From contig JBCAXU010000006.1 in assembly GCA_038533895.1 (NCBI GenBank), positions 8,874 through 72,873 on the forward strand: a stretch of 64,000 nucleotides of DNA, given 5' to 3'. The DNA comes from Pseudomonadota bacterium. GTDB lineage: Bacteria > Pseudomonadota > Gammaproteobacteria > Enterobacterales > Vibrionaceae. Below are positions 1 to 11,721 of this stretch, piece after piece (the stretch's first letter is position 1; each line of letters opens with the position of its first letter). Position numbers and translations under genes: made by a program. Below the pieces are notes generated by a model. That model made no database searches. It was not told the origin of the DNA and was given only the letters and a program-made list of their open reading frames with translations.

Positions 1-225
1 ACAACCAGTCAATCCTTATAGCTAAGGCGATCTTGTTAGAGATCCCTCATTTATAAAGATTGACAGAGATTAACTTTAACCAGAACCAATCCTCTAAATA
101 TTTGGGTTTAGAGCAAGGCAACAAATGAACCAATCCCTATGAATATACAAGTTGTATCTGATTAGGGTTTGCGAATGCAGTTAACGCAGCTATCTGCCCA
201 AATATGACGAGGAAGTACGAGCGCT

Positions 226-3084
226 ATGGAAAAGACATATAACCCAACTTCAATCGAACAAGCTTTATACCAAGCTTGGGAAGAGAAAGGCTACTTTAAG
301 CCACACGGTGACACGAGCAAAGAATCATACAGCATCATGATCCCGCCACCGAACGTCACAGGTAGCCTACATATGGGCCACGCGTTCCAAGATACCATCA
401 TGGATACTCTGATCCGTGCCGAGCGCATGAAGGGTAAAAACACCCTTTGGCAAGTGGGTACTGACCACGCGGGTATCGCCACACAAATGGTGGTTGAGCG
501 TAAGATCGCTGCGGAAGAAGGCAAAACCAAACACGACTACGGACGTGATGCATTCATTGACAAAATCTGGGAATGGAAAGGCGAGTCTGGCGGTACCATC
601 ACTAAACAGCTTCGTCGTTTAGGCGCATCGGTAGACTGGGAGCGCGAGCGCTTCACTATGGATGATGGCCTATCGAATGCAGTTCAAGAAGTCTTTGTTC
701 GTCTGTATGAAGAAGACCTAATCTACCGAGGTAAGCGTCTGGTTAACTGGGATCCAAAACTGCACACTGCGATCTCAGACCTTGAAGTTGAAAACAAAGA
801 CAAAAAAGGCCATATGTGGCACTTCCGCTACCCGCTAGCGGATGGCGTTAAAACCGCTGAAGGCAAAGACTACATCGTTGTTGCGACTACTCGTCCAGAG
901 ACCATGCTTGGTGATACTGGCGTTGCGGTTAACCCAGAAGATCCACGCTACAAAGATCTGATCGGCAAAGAAATTCTACTTCCTATCGTTGATCGCCGTA
1001 TCCCAATCGTGGGTGACGAACACGCTGATATGGAGAAAGGCACTGGTTGTGTAAAAATCACACCAGCGCACGACTTCAACGACTACGAAGTGGGTAAACG
1101 CCACCAGCTACCCATGATCAACATCCTGACTTTCAACGCAGACATCCGTGATGCGGCTGAAGTATTCACTACCAACGGTGAAGCATGCGATGCGTACTCA
1201 ACTGACATTCCAGCCAAATACCAAGGTATGGAGCGCTTTGCTGCACGTAAAGCGATCGTCGCTGAGTTTGAAGAGCTAGGCCTACTCGACGAAATCAAAG
1301 ATCACGACCTAACGGTACCTTACGGTGACCGCGGTGGCGTGGTTATCGAACCTATGCTGACCGACCAATGGTACGTGCGCACTGCACCTCTAGCTGAAAC
1401 GGCAACTAAAGCGGTTGAAGACGGCGAAATCCAATTCGTGCCTAAGCAGTACGAAAACATGTACTTCTCCTGGATGCGTGACATTCAAGACTGGTGTATC
1501 TCTCGTCAGCTTTGGTGGGGCCACCGCATCCCAGCATGGTACGACAACGACGGCAATGTCTACGTTGGTCGCACTGAAGAAGAAGTTCGTGCTAACAACA
1601 ATCTAGCGCCAGTCGTGGTTCTACGCCAAGACGACGACGTACTGGATACCTGGTTCTCTTCTGCTCTATGGACGTTCGGCACACAAGGCTGGCCAGAAAA
1701 CACTGAAGATCTGAAAACATTCCATCCTTCAGATGTGCTAGTTACTGGTTTCGACATCATCTTCTTCTGGGTTGCTCGCATGATCATGATGACCATGCAC
1801 TTCTGTAAAGATGAAAACGGTAAGCCACAAGTCCCATTCAAAACCGTTTACGTGACCGGCCTTATCCGTGACGAAAACGGCGATAAGATGTCTAAGTCTA
1901 AGGGGAACGTTCTTGACCCAATCGACATGATTGATGGTATCGACCTTGAGTCTCTAGTTGAAAAACGCACCGGTAACATGATGCAGCCTCAACTGGCGAA
2001 GAAGATCGAGAAGAACACCCGTAAGACATTTGAAAACGGTATCGAACCCTACGGTACTGATGCACTACGTTTCACTCTAGCAGCCATGGCTTCAACTGGC
2101 CGTGACATCAACTGGGATATGAAGCGTCTTGAGGGATACCGTAACTTCTGTAACAAGCTGTGGAACGCAAGCCGTTACGTGCTGATGAACACAGAAGAGC
2201 AAGATTGTGGTTTCAATGGTGGTGAGATTGAATACTCACTCGCGGACAAATGGATCGAATCTCAGTTTGAGCTAGCGGCGAAAGAATTCAATGGTCACAT
2301 TGATAACTTCCGTCTCGATATGGCCGCCAACACGATTTACGAATTCATCTGGAACCAATTCTGTGACTGGTACCTAGAGCTCACTAAGCCAGTTCTTTGG
2401 AAAGGCAGTGAAGCTCAGCAACGTGGTACTCGTCGCACGCTGATCACCGTTCTAGAGAAGACACTTCGCCTTGCGCACCCTGTGATCCCATACATCACAG
2501 AAACTATCTGGCAGAGCGTTAAGCCTCTGGTTGACGGTGTTGAAGGTGACACCATCATGCTTCAAGCACTGCCGCAGTACGACGAAGCGAACTTCAACCA
2601 ATCCGCGCTTGATGACATCGAATGGGTGAAGTCATTCATCACGAGTATTCGTAACCTACGCGCTGAATACGACATCAACCCAGGTAAGCCGCTGGAAGTG
2701 ATGTTAAAAGCGGCAAGTGCAGAAGATGCAGCCCGCCTAGAAGCGAACAAGCAAGTGCTGGTTTCTCTTGCCAAACTTGAGTCGGTACGCGTGCTGGAAG
2801 CAGGCGAAGAAACACCTGCTTGCGCAACGGCGCTGGTTGCTAAGTCTGAGCTGATGATTCCAATGGCGGGGCTAATCGACAAAGACGCTGAGCTTGCTCG
2901 TCTAGACGGCGAAATCAAGAAGACTCACGGTGAAATCAAGCGTATCGAAGGTAAGCTAGGTAACGAAGGCTTCGTGGCTAAAGCACCTGAAGCGGTTGTT
3001 GCTAAAGAGCGTGAAAAGCTCGAAGGTTACAAAGAGACTCTCGTGAAACTTGAAGAGCAAAAAGCGACGATTGCAGCGCTGTAA
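226..3084 (+). CDS. valS: Valine--tRNA ligase (952 aa)
   Basis: Full-length class I aaRS. It has a HIGH-type motif ([12 protein letters not shown]), a KMSKS motif (DKMSKSKGN) and the C-terminal coiled-coil typical of ValRS. A hairpin with a T-run follows. Confidence 0.97.
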   Translation: MEKTYNPTSIEQALYQAWEEKGYFKPHGDTSKESYSIMIPPPNVTGSLHMGHAFQDTIMDTLIRAERMKGKNTLWQVGTDHAGIATQMVVERKIAAEEGKTKHDYGRDAFIDKIWEWKGESGGTITKQLRRLGASVDWERERFTMDDGLSNAVQEVFVRLYEEDLIYRGKRLVNWDPKLHTAISDLEVENKDKKGHMWHFRYPLADGVKTAEGKDYIVVATTRPETMLGDTGVAVNPEDPRYKDLIGKEILLPIVDRRIPIVGDEHADMEKGTGCVKITPAHDFNDYEVGKRHQLPMINILTFNADIRDAAEVFTTNGEACDAYSTDIPAKYQGMERFAARKAIVAEFEELGLLDEIKDHDLTVPYGDRGGVVIEPMLTDQWYVRTAPLAETATKAVEDGEIQFVPKQYENMYFSWMRDIQDWCISRQLWWGHRIPAWYDNDGNVYVGRTEEEVRANNNLAPVVVLRQDDDVLDTWFSSALWTFGTQGWPENTEDLKTFHPSDVLVTGFDIIFFWVARMIMMTMHFCKDENGKPQVPFKTVYVTGLIRDENGDKMSKSKGNVLDPIDMIDGIDLESLVEKRTGNMMQPQLAKKIEKNTRKTFENGIEPYGTDALRFTLAAMASTGRDINWDMKRLEGYRNFCNKLWNASRYVLMNTEEQDCGFNGGEIEYSLADKWIESQFELAAKEFNGHIDNFRLDMAANTIYEFIWNQFCDWYLELTKPVLWKGSEAQQRGTRRTLITVLEKTLRLAHPVIPYITETIWQSVKPLVDGVEGDTIMLQALPQYDEANFNQSALDDIEWVKSFITSIRNLRAEYDINPGKPLEVMLKAASAEDAARLEANKQVLVSLAKLESVRVLEAGEETPACATALVAKSELMIPMAGLIDKDAELARLDGEIKKTHGEIKRIEGKLGNEGFVAKAPEAVVAKEREKLEGYKETLVKLEEQKATIAAL

Positions 3085-3115
3085 ACCGAACGCAATTAGA
3101 CAACGTAATAAACAG

Positions 3116-3145
3116 GGCCAGCCATTGAGACTGGCCTTTTTATTT
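3116..3145 (+). terminator. Rho-independent terminator after valS
   Basis: Stem ggccag / ctggcc with a 9-nt loop, followed by tttttattt. Confidence 0.6.
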
Positions 3146-3224
3146 GCTTGAAATCTATTTGAAATAGCTCGTGTAGCTGGGTGTTGTCTTCTACTATATA
3201 TAAGAGATTACCGAGGGAGGCATT

Positions 3225-3950
3225 ATGCGCGTTGGCATCCTAGTATTGAGCTCTTTTCTTATGATCGCCCATTCGGCCTTGGCCAGTAGCAACCACAATA
3301 TCGTCAAGATCGCCGCTGGCAACTGGCCACCGTTTATTGGCGAGCAACTGCAAGACTTCGGTCAGGTTGGCAAAACCATTCAAGAGATTTTTGCCGCTCA
3401 AGGCTATCAGGTTGAATTTCACTTCTATCCATGGAAGAGAGCGTATAAAAAAGCCAGTGAAGGGGAATACGTCGCAACGGCGGTGTGGATGTATGCCGAA
3501 GAGCGCACAGAGTTTTTTAACTATAGCGATCCCGTTGCTCAAGAACAGTTTGTGTTCTTTCACCGCAAAGACAACCCATTTGAATGGCAATCCTTAGCTG
3601 ACGTAGAGGGTAAACGCCTTGGCGGTGGATTGGGCTATAGCTATGGGGCTGAGCTTGACCAACTGATAGAGAACGATCAGGTGAGCATCAACCGAGTCGA
3701 AACGCCCGCGAAAGCGTTTCAACTGCTGAAATATCGCCGGGTCGAGCTTGTCCCCGAAGAAAAACATATTGGCTTGTTCTCACTGAGCAAGCTACCGATT
3801 GAACTACAGCAATTGATCACCTTCAACCCAAAACCTTTTTTGACCAACGACAGCTATTTACTGTTTTCCAAAGCGCACCCGCAAGCCGAAGCATTAATGG
3901 CCGTATTCAACCAAGGGCTGGCTGAACGAAACGCGAGCGATAACCCGTAA
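3225..3950 (+). CDS. Periplasmic solute-binding protein, family-3-like (orphan; no adjacent permease or ATPase)
   Basis: 241-aa ORF with a strong RBS (gagggagg) 5 nt upstream and an N-terminal signal peptide (MRVGILVLSSFLMIAHSALA). The overall pattern resembles amino-acid-type SBPs. Confidence 0.7.
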   Translation: MRVGILVLSSFLMIAHSALASSNHNIVKIAAGNWPPFIGEQLQDFGQVGKTIQEIFAAQGYQVEFHFYPWKRAYKKASEGEYVATAVWMYAEERTEFFNYSDPVAQEQFVFFHRKDNPFEWQSLADVEGKRLGGGLGYSYGAELDQLIENDQVSINRVETPAKAFQLLKYRRVELVPEEKHIGLFSLSKLPIELQQLITFNPKPFLTNDSYLLFSKAHPQAEALMAVFNQGLAERNASDNP

Positions 3951-3955
3951 CCTTT

Positions 3956-4918
3956 CTATACCACCCGGTTGTGCTGTTTCCCCTCGAGAAATGCTGCGAT
4001 GTTTTCGATAAGGATGTCGGCCAAATTTTGGATCGCTGTGTCACTACCCCAGGCAACATGAGGCGTTAACAACAGGTTTGGTAAATGCATATTGGCGACC
4101 AGCGAGTTGGAATCATCGGCGGGTTCATCGGTAAACACGTCCACCCCAGCAGCGCTAATCTCGCCTTGTTTAAGCGCATCAACCAGCGCCTCTTCATCGA
4201 CCAAACCACCACGGCCAGTATTGATCACTATGCTGCTCGACTTCATGCTCGCCAGCTCCTGACGGCCAATTAAGTGGTGAGTTTGCTCGTTAAGCGGACA
4301 GTGCAACGTCAGTACATCCGATAAGGCCAACACTCGCTCAAACGGGAGAAATCCATCTCGGCACTGCTCAGCCCCTTTGCGCTCGGCAAACAGTACGTTC
4401 AGGCCTACAGCCTTGGCCAACTGAGCTGTGGCTTCACCCAAAGCGCCACTACCGATAATGCCTAAGGTCGCCCCTGCCACATCGCGGATTGGGTGAGTAA
4501 AAAAGCAAAACTGTTTTTGTCGCTGCCATTCACCAGCGGCAATATCATTGTGATATCCCTTGAGGTTACGTCTAAGAGCGAAGATCATCGCCAGCACATG
4601 TTCAGGCACCGACCGAGTGGCATAGCCACGGATGTTAGTCACCGCTATCCCAAACTCATGACAGGCCTCAATATCGACGTTGTTCACCCCAGTCGCAGCG
4701 ACGGCAATCATCTTGAGATTAGGCAATTGCATCAGCACCGAGCGATCCAACACGACCTTATTGGTAATGGCGATTTGGGCCGGTTGAAGCCGGTCCACCA
4801 CCTCTCCAGGTGCGGTCAAGTCATACTCAAGCCATTGATGCTCAAACGGTAAATGTGGCAGTTCGATTTGTGTGGGAATCGTTGCGCGGTCTAAAAATAC
4901 GATGGTTGGCAGCGTCAT
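3956..4918 (-). CDS. D-isomer-specific 2-hydroxyacid dehydrogenase (glycerate dehydrogenase-like)
   Basis: 320 aa with an NAD-binding GxGxxG motif (GIIGSGALG) and the conserved C-terminal TPHVAWGS motif of the family. Confidence 0.85.
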   Translation of the reverse strand: MTLPTIVFLDRATIPTQIELPHLPFEHQWLEYDLTAPGEVVDRLQPAQIAITNKVVLDRSVLMQLPNLKMIAVAATGVNNVDIEACHEFGIAVTNIRGYATRSVPEHVLAMIFALRRNLKGYHNDIAAGEWQRQKQFCFFTHPIRDVAGATLGIIGSGALGEATAQLAKAVGLNVLFAERKGAEQCRDGFLPFERVLALSDVLTLHCPLNEQTHHLIGRQELASMKSSSIVINTGRGGLVDEEALVDALKQGEISAAGVDVFTDEPADDSNSLVANMHLPNLLLTPHVAWGSDTAIQNLADILIENIAAFLEGKQHNRVV

Positions 4919-4951
4919 TAATCACCTCCGTGTCGCTACCTTATTGGTCCA

Positions 4952-5689
4952 TTATGGTTGTGGTAGCATTTTATAGTCAGGCAATTCTGGCACAGGCGCA
5001 AAAAAGTTAAAGATCATAGGTGTCGCTTCAAGATAGAAGTCACACCCAACAAACGCACTTTGCAATGCTTGGCTGTGTGGATGATAGAAACTGAGTTCCG
5101 CCGCATGCAGCGCCAACCGAGGCGCATATTGATACGCTTGCGGGTGAGCGTAAAACTCATCGCCGACAATCGGATGACCTAAGGCTTGCATGTGAACTCG
5201 TAACTGATGCGAACGCCCGGTGATCGGCAACAAGCGAACAATGGTGGTACAGGGTTCACGTTTCACGACCTGATATAAAGTCTTGGAAGGTTTTCCGTGC
5301 TCAAAGCAGACTTTTTGTCGTGGACGACGCTCCCAATCGCAGATTAACGGCAGGTCCACCTCTCCTTGGTCACCACTTACCTCTCCCCACACACGTGCAT
5401 AGTAAACTTTGTGGGTCAAACGGTACTGAAACTGCTTTTTCAGTGCCCGCTCGGCTTGCTTGTGTTTGGCCAGCAGCATTAAGCCTGAGGTGTCCATATC
5501 AAGGCGATGGACGACTTGAATCTGTGGGTAATGTTCAACCAAACGCGACCACAAACTGTCATAGTGTTCTGCCAATCGGCCCGGTACTGACAACAATCCC
5601 GATGGTTTATTGGCCACCAAGATATGTTCATCTTCAAATACGATATCAACCCAAGGTTCACGGGGCGGGTTGTACTCAGTCATTGCCAT
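4952..5689 (-). CDS. rluA: RluA-family 23S rRNA/tRNA pseudouridine synthase
   Basis: Motifs HRLDMDTSGLMLLAK and GRSHQLRVH. The N-terminus MAMTEYNPPREPW aligns with E. coli RluA (MGMENYNPPQEPW), so I place the start at 5689 although the ORF extends to 5716. It lies directly downstream of rapA, as in E. coli. Confidence 0.9.
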   Translation of the reverse strand: MAMTEYNPPREPWVDIVFEDEHILVANKPSGLLSVPGRLAEHYDSLWSRLVEHYPQIQVVHRLDMDTSGLMLLAKHKQAERALKKQFQYRLTHKVYYARVWGEVSGDQGEVDLPLICDWERRPRQKVCFEHGKPSKTLYQVVKREPCTTIVRLLPITGRSHQLRVHMQALGHPIVGDEFYAHPQAYQYAPRLALHAAELSFYHPHSQALQSAFVGCDFYLEATPMIFNFFAPVPELPDYKMLPQP

Positions 5690-5752
5690 CATTTCTATCC
5701 AATAAAAACCCAGCATATTGCTGGGTTTAATCCACGACTCACTGTCTAGTCA

Positions 5753-8659
5753 CTAGTTATGACTAACAACTATCATACGCAGTGAATCCAGTTGATACTG
5801 CGCTTGGTTGATGTAACCGGTGAGCTGTTTGATTTGCGCATCGATAACCTCAATCTCTTCGTCACGGATGGTTGGGTTTACGGCCTTCAGCGCGAGTAAG
5901 CGCTCGAGCTCACTGTTCAAACTCGCTTCCATCTCTTGCTGCGCTTGCTGGCGAATCGCTTCCACCTTCTCAACCACAAGCTTGTCACCCGCTTCGATTA
6001 ATTGATGAACTTGGCTTTGCACCGACGCCACCAGCTTAGTGGCAATATGGCGCCCAACCGGACTCAACTGGCGGTTAAAGCTTTCAAACTCAACCTGTGA
6101 AGACAAGTCATTGCCTTTGCCATCAAGCATAATGCGAATCGGTGTGGTGGGTAAGAAACGACTAATACCACTGCGTTTCGGTGCTTGAGCGTCCACTTTG
6201 TAGATCAGTTCAAGTAGCATAGTGCCCACCGGTAGCGCTTTGTTTTTTAGCAGCGATACCGCCGCCGTTCCTACCCCTTCACTCATCAGCAAGTCGATCC
6301 CACCTTGGATCATTGGGTGCTCCCAACTGATAAAGTGCATATCTTCACGTGACAGCGCAGTATCACGATCAAAGGTAATGGTCGCTCCCTCATACGGTAA
6401 CCCCGGATAACTTGGCACCAGCATATGCTCGGAAGGAGTCACCACCAAGGCATTCTCACCTTTATCATCTTGATCTAGGCCAATGGTATCAAACAGACTC
6501 AAAGCAAACGTGACCAGGTTGGTGTCGCCATCTGTCGCCGCGATTTTATCAACAATCGCATGCGCTTTTTCACCCCCATTGGAGTGCATTTCCAGCAAGC
6601 GATCGCGCCCTTGCTCCAATTGCGCTTTAAGCGCTTTGTTCATCGCCGCCGACTCGGCAATCACATCGTCAAGATCGCTACTGTCACCGGATGCCAGCAT
6701 CTCGATCAAGCGCTGTGAACAGTGATCGTAGACAGCACGGCCGGTTGGACAAGTTTCAGCAAAAGCATTCAAGCCTTGATCAAACCAACGTGCCAAGATC
6801 GCTTGTGAGGTACCTTCAAGGTAAGGAACATGAATGTCGATATCTCGATTTTGGCCAATTCGATCCAAACGGCCGATGCGCTGTTCAAGCAAGTCTGGAT
6901 TAAACGGCAAATCGAACATCACTAACTGATTAGCGAACTGGAAGTTACGACCTTCAGAGCCGATTTCACTACAGATCAACACCTGCGCGCCGCCCTCTTC
7001 TTGAGCAAAGTAAGCCGCCGCCTTGTCGCGTTCGAGAATCGACATCCCCTCATGGAACACGGTAGCACGAATGCCTTCACGCTCTCGTAGCGCTTGCTCT
7101 AACTGTAATGCGGTGCTTGCACGCGAGGCGATAACTAAGATCTTCTCGCTGCGCTTCTCTTTGATCTTTTCTAGCAACCAGTTTACTCGGCTATCAAACT
7201 GCCACCAGCTCGCATCTTCTCCTTCAAACTCCTGGAAGACTTCTTCCGGATAAAGGTTTTTCAGTGCTCGCGCTTCAAGGCTCATTTTGCCGCCAATCAT
7301 GCCCGACACACGCATCGAGGTCGTATATTGCTGAGGAATGGCCATCGGCAGTAAATGAACATTGCGCTTGGGGAAACCTTTTACAGCCGCACGAGTGTTA
7401 CGGAACAACACTCGCCCGGTACCATGACGATCCATCAAGTTATCAATTAGTTCCTGGCGGGCAACCGCTTTGGCTGCTTCGTCGCTGTCACTTTCGATAA
7501 TGCGAAATAGCGGTTCAACATCTTGCTCAGACAACAGTTCGGTGATTTGGTTTTTGGCCGTATTTTCGAGTTTACTGCCAGAAAATAAAGCGCTCACCGA
7601 ATCGGCTACGGGCGCATACTGCTGCTCTTCTTTAACGAACTCTTGGTAGTCAAAGAAGCGATCGGGATCGAGCAATCGCAAGCGGGCGAAGTGGCTCTCT
7701 CGGCCTAACTGCTCTGGCGTGGCTGTCAGTAGCAAAACCCCAGGAGTGCGCTGAGCTAAGCCTTCAACAACTTGATATTCACGACTCGGCGCATCGACGC
7801 TCCATTCAAGGTGGTGCGCTTCATCGACCACCAATAAATCCCACTCACCTTCTAAAGCTTGTTCAAAGCGTTTGCGGCTTTTACGCAAGAAGTCGAGTGA
7901 ACACAGCACGTATTGTTGAGTATCAAATGGGTTGTCTGCATCGGCGTACGCTTCAATACAGCGCTCTTCGTCGAAAATAGAGAAATGCAGATTGAAGCGA
8001 CGCATCATTTCAACCAACCACTGATGCTGCAATGTCTCTGGCACTACGATTAAGATGCGCTCGGCACGCCCAGCCAGTACCTGCTGGTGAATGATCATGC
8101 CCGCTTCGATGGTTTTACCTAGCCCTACTTCATCGGCTAAAAGTACGCGAGGCGCGTGACGACGACCAACCTCATGGGCAATATAAAGCTGATGCGGGAT
8201 CAGGCCCGCACGCATGCCGCACAAACCACGCATTGGGCTTTTGTGCTGCTCATATTGGTTCATCAATGCACGATAACGGAGCACAAAGTTGTCCATACGA
8301 TCGATTTGCCCCGCATAGAGTTTATCTTGCGGCTTATTAAAACGGATTTGGTTGCTGAGCATGATTTCTCGCAGCGCAACGTCTTCGCCATTATCTTCTC
8401 GGGTGCCTAAATAGGTGTACAGTCCTTGCTCTTCGATCACTTGCTCAACGGTCAGCGACCAGCCTTGTTGGCTTTCGATAACATCACCAACATTAAACGT
8501 TACTCGGGTAACCGGCGCGTCATTACGGGCATAAACTCGGTTCTCTTCAGATGCAGCAAACATAATTGTTACGGTGCGAGCATCAACGGCCACCACAGTT
8601 CCTAACCCTAAATCACTCTCTGTATCGCTAATCCAGCGCTGGCCCAAAGCAAATGTCAT
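5753..8659 (-). CDS. rapA: RNA polymerase-associated SWI2/SNF2 ATPase RapA (HepA)
   Basis: 968 aa with helicase motifs [12 protein letters not shown] and DEAHHL, and the typical RapA N-terminus [20 protein letters not shown]. Confidence 0.95.
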   Translation of the reverse strand: MTFALGQRWISDTESDLGLGTVVAVDARTVTIMFAASEENRVYARNDAPVTRVTFNVGDVIESQQGWSLTVEQVIEEQGLYTYLGTREDNGEDVALREIMLSNQIRFNKPQDKLYAGQIDRMDNFVLRYRALMNQYEQHKSPMRGLCGMRAGLIPHQLYIAHEVGRRHAPRVLLADEVGLGKTIEAGMIIHQQVLAGRAERILIVVPETLQHQWLVEMMRRFNLHFSIFDEERCIEAYADADNPFDTQQYVLCSLDFLRKSRKRFEQALEGEWDLLVVDEAHHLEWSVDAPSREYQVVEGLAQRTPGVLLLTATPEQLGRESHFARLRLLDPDRFFDYQEFVKEEQQYAPVADSVSALFSGSKLENTAKNQITELLSEQDVEPLFRIIESDSDEAAKAVARQELIDNLMDRHGTGRVLFRNTRAAVKGFPKRNVHLLPMAIPQQYTTSMRVSGMIGGKMSLEARALKNLYPEEVFQEFEGEDASWWQFDSRVNWLLEKIKEKRSEKILVIASRASTALQLEQALREREGIRATVFHEGMSILERDKAAAYFAQEEGGAQVLICSEIGSEGRNFQFANQLVMFDLPFNPDLLEQRIGRLDRIGQNRDIDIHVPYLEGTSQAILARWFDQGLNAFAETCPTGRAVYDHCSQRLIEMLASGDSSDLDDVIAESAAMNKALKAQLEQGRDRLLEMHSNGGEKAHAIVDKIAATDGDTNLVTFALSLFDTIGLDQDDKGENALVVTPSEHMLVPSYPGLPYEGATITFDRDTALSREDMHFISWEHPMIQGGIDLLMSEGVGTAAVSLLKNKALPVGTMLLELIYKVDAQAPKRSGISRFLPTTPIRIMLDGKGNDLSSQVEFESFNRQLSPVGRHIATKLVASVQSQVHQLIEAGDKLVVEKVEAIRQQAQQEMEASLNSELERLLALKAVNPTIRDEEIEVIDAQIKQLTGYINQAQYQLDSLRMIVVSHN

Positions 8660-9121
8660 GAATCGACTACCTCATCTATTTTGATTCGAAAATGGGTCTA
8701 TAAATCTTAGCTGTTCTGACGCAACTTGAAAGGCAACTGAAGCGGAAAAAAAGGTCAGTCTGTGCGTCAAAAAAGGTCGCTAATCTTACTTGAAGCTGTG
8801 ATATTGGTCACGTACAAAGGCCGCAAAACGCCACTTTTTTTTGCCTGAGTTGCAGATGACATCAAAGTGTAAGAAATCAATGGCATTTCTAATCCAGAGC
8901 GTGGTGAAACCACCTTATACTTTAAGATGAATGCGCTCGCCAAGCTGTCAACTTTCTGGCTGGCACAAGAGATGTATTTACTAGGATGACGATCAACATA
9001 GGTTTGCATTTTGTAGTCAAACCGTCCGCGATCTGGCTACAGCATTGCAAGCGACCTCAGCAAGCCACTTCATGCTTAGGTATGAGGGGCTAAGCAAGCC
9101 GAAAACGGCAAGGAGACGCTT

Positions 9122-10498
9122 ATGGGTGACACCGACCGGAAGCTATTTGTTCTCGACACCAACATTCTTCTTCACGAACCCCTCGCCATCTACTCTTTCA
9201 AAGAACACGACGTTGTGATTCCAATGACTGTGCTGGAAGAGCTCGACCGCATCAAAGACAGCAAACGTGACGTTGCCCGCGACGCCCGAGTTGCGATCCG
9301 AGCTCTAGAAGCCATGTTCAAAGACGCCACACCGGATGAAATATCAGAAGGCATTCCTATCAATAAAGATCATGAGGGCACAGGGCACATTGCGATTTTG
9401 GCCGACTTCGAACTGCAGGAGACCGTCAAAGCCTTTGCCGATAAAGCCGGTGACAACCGGATCCTCAACGGCGTGCTGTACTTACAGAACAAGCGCGCGC
9501 CGCGCGAAGTCATCTTAGTCACCAAAGACATTAATATGCGGCTACGAGCCAAAGGCGCAGGGGTTCGCTTTGTCGAAGACTATCGCACCGATCAGTTAAT
9601 TGACGATGTCCAATATCTGACCAAAGGTTTTCAGCAAATCGAAGGTGAATTCTGGAGCAATGTGCAAAATGTCGAAAGCCGCACGCTTGCCGGTCACACC
9701 TACCACACACTCGATCGAGCGCCATTTGAGCCAACTTACCTCAATCAATACATTATCGATGAGGAGAGTGATTTCGCAGGGCGAGTGGAACAGATCGAAC
9801 CTGAAGCAATCACCATCAAAGATCTTAGCCGGGAGCGGATGATGCACCGCCGCGCTTGGGACATCACGCCGAAAAACATATATCAAGGCATGGCTCTGGA
9901 TGCCTTGCTCGACCCAGATATTGATCTGGTGATCCTCACCGGCGCTGCGGGGAGCGGTAAAACCTTGCTCGCTTTGGCTTCAGCGCTGGAGCAAACCATT
10001 GAGAAAGGCATATTTGATAAGATCATTGTTACGCGAAATACGCCCGATATTGGCGAGGCTATTGGCTTCTTACCCGGTAGCGAGGAAGAGAAAATGCTGC
10101 CTTGGCTTGCCGCCGTGACCGATACCTTGGAAGCGCTGCACAAAAATGATCATTGCACAGAGGGCTCGCTCAAATACATCTGCGACAAAGCCAATATTCA
10201 GTTTAAATCGATAAACTTTATGCGCGGCCGCTCAATCCAAAACGCATTTGTTCTGCTTGATGAGTGCCAAAACCTTACCGCCTCGCAGATCAAAACCATT
10301 ATTACCCGCTGCGGCGAAGGGACCAAAATTGTCTGCTCGGGGAACTTAGCTCAGATTGACTCTCACTATTTAACTCCGGTGACCTCCGGGTTGACTTATA
10401 TGGTAGAGAGATTCAAGAACTTTGAAGGCAGCGCTAACATTCACCTCAACGGCGTGGTTCGCAGCCGCCTAGCAGAGTACGCAGAAGAGAATTTATAG
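9122..10498 (+). CDS. PIN-domain / PhoH-like ATPase fusion protein (YlaK-type)
   Basis: 458 aa. The N-terminus is PIN-like (FVLDTNILLHEP ... VVIPMTVLEELD). The C-terminal half is PhoH-like with Walker A GAAGSGKT and Walker B VLLDECQN. Confidence 0.85.
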   Translation: MGDTDRKLFVLDTNILLHEPLAIYSFKEHDVVIPMTVLEELDRIKDSKRDVARDARVAIRALEAMFKDATPDEISEGIPINKDHEGTGHIAILADFELQETVKAFADKAGDNRILNGVLYLQNKRAPREVILVTKDINMRLRAKGAGVRFVEDYRTDQLIDDVQYLTKGFQQIEGEFWSNVQNVESRTLAGHTYHTLDRAPFEPTYLNQYIIDEESDFAGRVEQIEPEAITIKDLSRERMMHRRAWDITPKNIYQGMALDALLDPDIDLVILTGAAGSGKTLLALASALEQTIEKGIFDKIIVTRNTPDIGEAIGFLPGSEEEKMLPWLAAVTDTLEALHKNDHCTEGSLKYICDKANIQFKSINFMRGRSIQNAFVLLDECQNLTASQIKTIITRCGEGTKIVCSGNLAQIDSHYLTPVTSGLTYMVERFKNFEGSANIHLNGVVRSRLAEYAEENL

Positions 10499-10505
10499 TC
10501 ATTAT

Positions 10506-10532
10506 TGCCGAGATATAATTCATATCTCGGCA
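10506..10532 (+). terminator. Hairpin after the PIN-PhoH gene
   Basis: Perfect 11-bp inverted repeat tgccgagatat / atatctcggca with a 5-nt loop. The T tract after it is weak (ccttatt). Confidence 0.45.
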
Positions 10533-10537
10533 CCTTA

Positions 10538-10605
10538 TTAAAATAATTATTCACAAACAGCAATTAAATATGTTTAACTAACTCCATTAGCTGAATGAAC
10601 ATTCA
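10538..10605 (+). promoter_or_regulatory. Putative ArgR operators (ARG boxes) in the argF promoter/leader
   Basis: ttaaaataattattcaca (10538-10555) matches about 16 of 18 positions of the WNTGAATWWWWATTCANW consensus. TGAATgaacATTCA (10592-10605) has both consensus arms intact. Confidence 0.5.
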
Positions 10606-10616
10606 AGGACTGGAGT

Positions 10617-11621
10617 ATGGCCTTTAATCTACGTAACCGAAACTTCCTCAAGCTGTTGGATTTCTCGCCAAAGGAGATTCAATTCCTGCTCGATCTCTCT
10701 GCAGATCTAAAAAAAGCCAAGTATTCGGGCAGCGAGCAAAAGAAGCTCAGCGGCAAAAACATCGCCTTAATCTTTGAGAAAGCCTCAACCCGAACCCGTT
10801 GCGCATTTGAAGTGGCCGCTTTTGATCAGGGCGCTCAAGTCTCTTACATCGGGCCATCGGGCTCACAAATCGGTGCAAAAGAGTCGATGAAAGACACCGC
10901 ACGGGTTCTGGGCCGCATGTACGATGGCATCGAGTATCGTGGTTTTGGTCAAGAGATTGTCGAAGAGCTAGGGGCGCATGCCGGGGTTCCGGTTTGGAAC
11001 GGCTTAACCGACGAGTTTCATCCGACCCAAATTCTGGCTGATTTTCTAACCATGCTCGAACATGGCCGCGGCAAGCAATTACATCAAATTGCCTTTGCTT
11101 ACCTAGGTGATGCGCGCAACAACATGGGGAACTCGCTGTTGGTGGGCGCTGCAAAAATGGGGATGGACATTCGCCTTGTCGCACCAAAAGAGTTTTGGCC
11201 ACAACAAGAACTGGTGGCCACTTGTCAGCAGATCGCCAAGCAGACAGGCGCCAAACTGACTCTCACAGAAAACGTGGAAGAAGGCGTAAAAGGGTGTGAC
11301 TACCTCTACACTGATGTTTGGGTTTCGATGGGTGAAGCAGCAGAAGCATGGGATGAGCGTGTTGCTAAGATGACCCCTTATCAAGTGAATATGGACGTCA
11401 TCGCCAAAACGGCCAATCCACAAGTGAAGTTTATGCACTGCCTACCGGCGTTTCACAACGATGAAACCACGATTGGTAAGCAAGTGGCCGAGAAATATGG
11501 CATGCAAGGCCTCGAAGTCACCGAAGAGGTGTTTGAGTCGCACCACTCGATTGTCTTTGACCAAGCAGAGAACCGAATGCACACCATCAAAGCTGTGATG
11601 GTGGCCACACTTGGCAGCTAA
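10617..11621 (+). CDS. argF: Ornithine carbamoyltransferase
   Basis: 334 aa with motifs STRTR, HPTQ ([10 protein letters not shown]) and HCLP (FMHCLPAFH). Confidence 0.95.
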   Translation: MAFNLRNRNFLKLLDFSPKEIQFLLDLSADLKKAKYSGSEQKKLSGKNIALIFEKASTRTRCAFEVAAFDQGAQVSYIGPSGSQIGAKESMKDTARVLGRMYDGIEYRGFGQEIVEELGAHAGVPVWNGLTDEFHPTQILADFLTMLEHGRGKQLHQIAFAYLGDARNNMGNSLLVGAAKMGMDIRLVAPKEFWPQQELVATCQQIAKQTGAKLTLTENVEEGVKGCDYLYTDVWVSMGEAAEAWDERVAKMTPYQVNMDVIAKTANPQVKFMHCLPAFHNDETTIGKQVAEKYGMQGLEVTEEVFESHHSIVFDQAENRMHTIKAVMVATLGS

Positions 11622-11662
11622 AACGCAGCGTCACTCGACAGCAAAAGGCTCGATGTAATCGC

Positions 11663-11703
11663 TTGCGTTAACAAAACTTCAGCGTATAATGCTCGGCAAT
11701 TTG
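11663..11703 (+). promoter_or_regulatory. Putative pyrBI promoter with a CAATTTG initially transcribed region
   Basis: ttgcgt, 16-nt spacer, tataat (11685-11690), then gctcggCAATTTG. This closely resembles my recollection of the E. coli pyrBI promoter (TATAATGCCGGACAATTTG), where the T-run supports UTP-sensitive reiterative transcription. Confidence 0.45.
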
Positions 11704-11721
11704 TCTGGAGGTAGTGACTCG

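Noticed and set aside
8767-9009. 80-aa minus-strand ORF in the rapA / PIN-PhoH intergenic region.
   Set aside because: It has no convincing RBS and an odd composition, and it would sit inside two divergent promoter regions. I treat it as non-coding, with low certainty.
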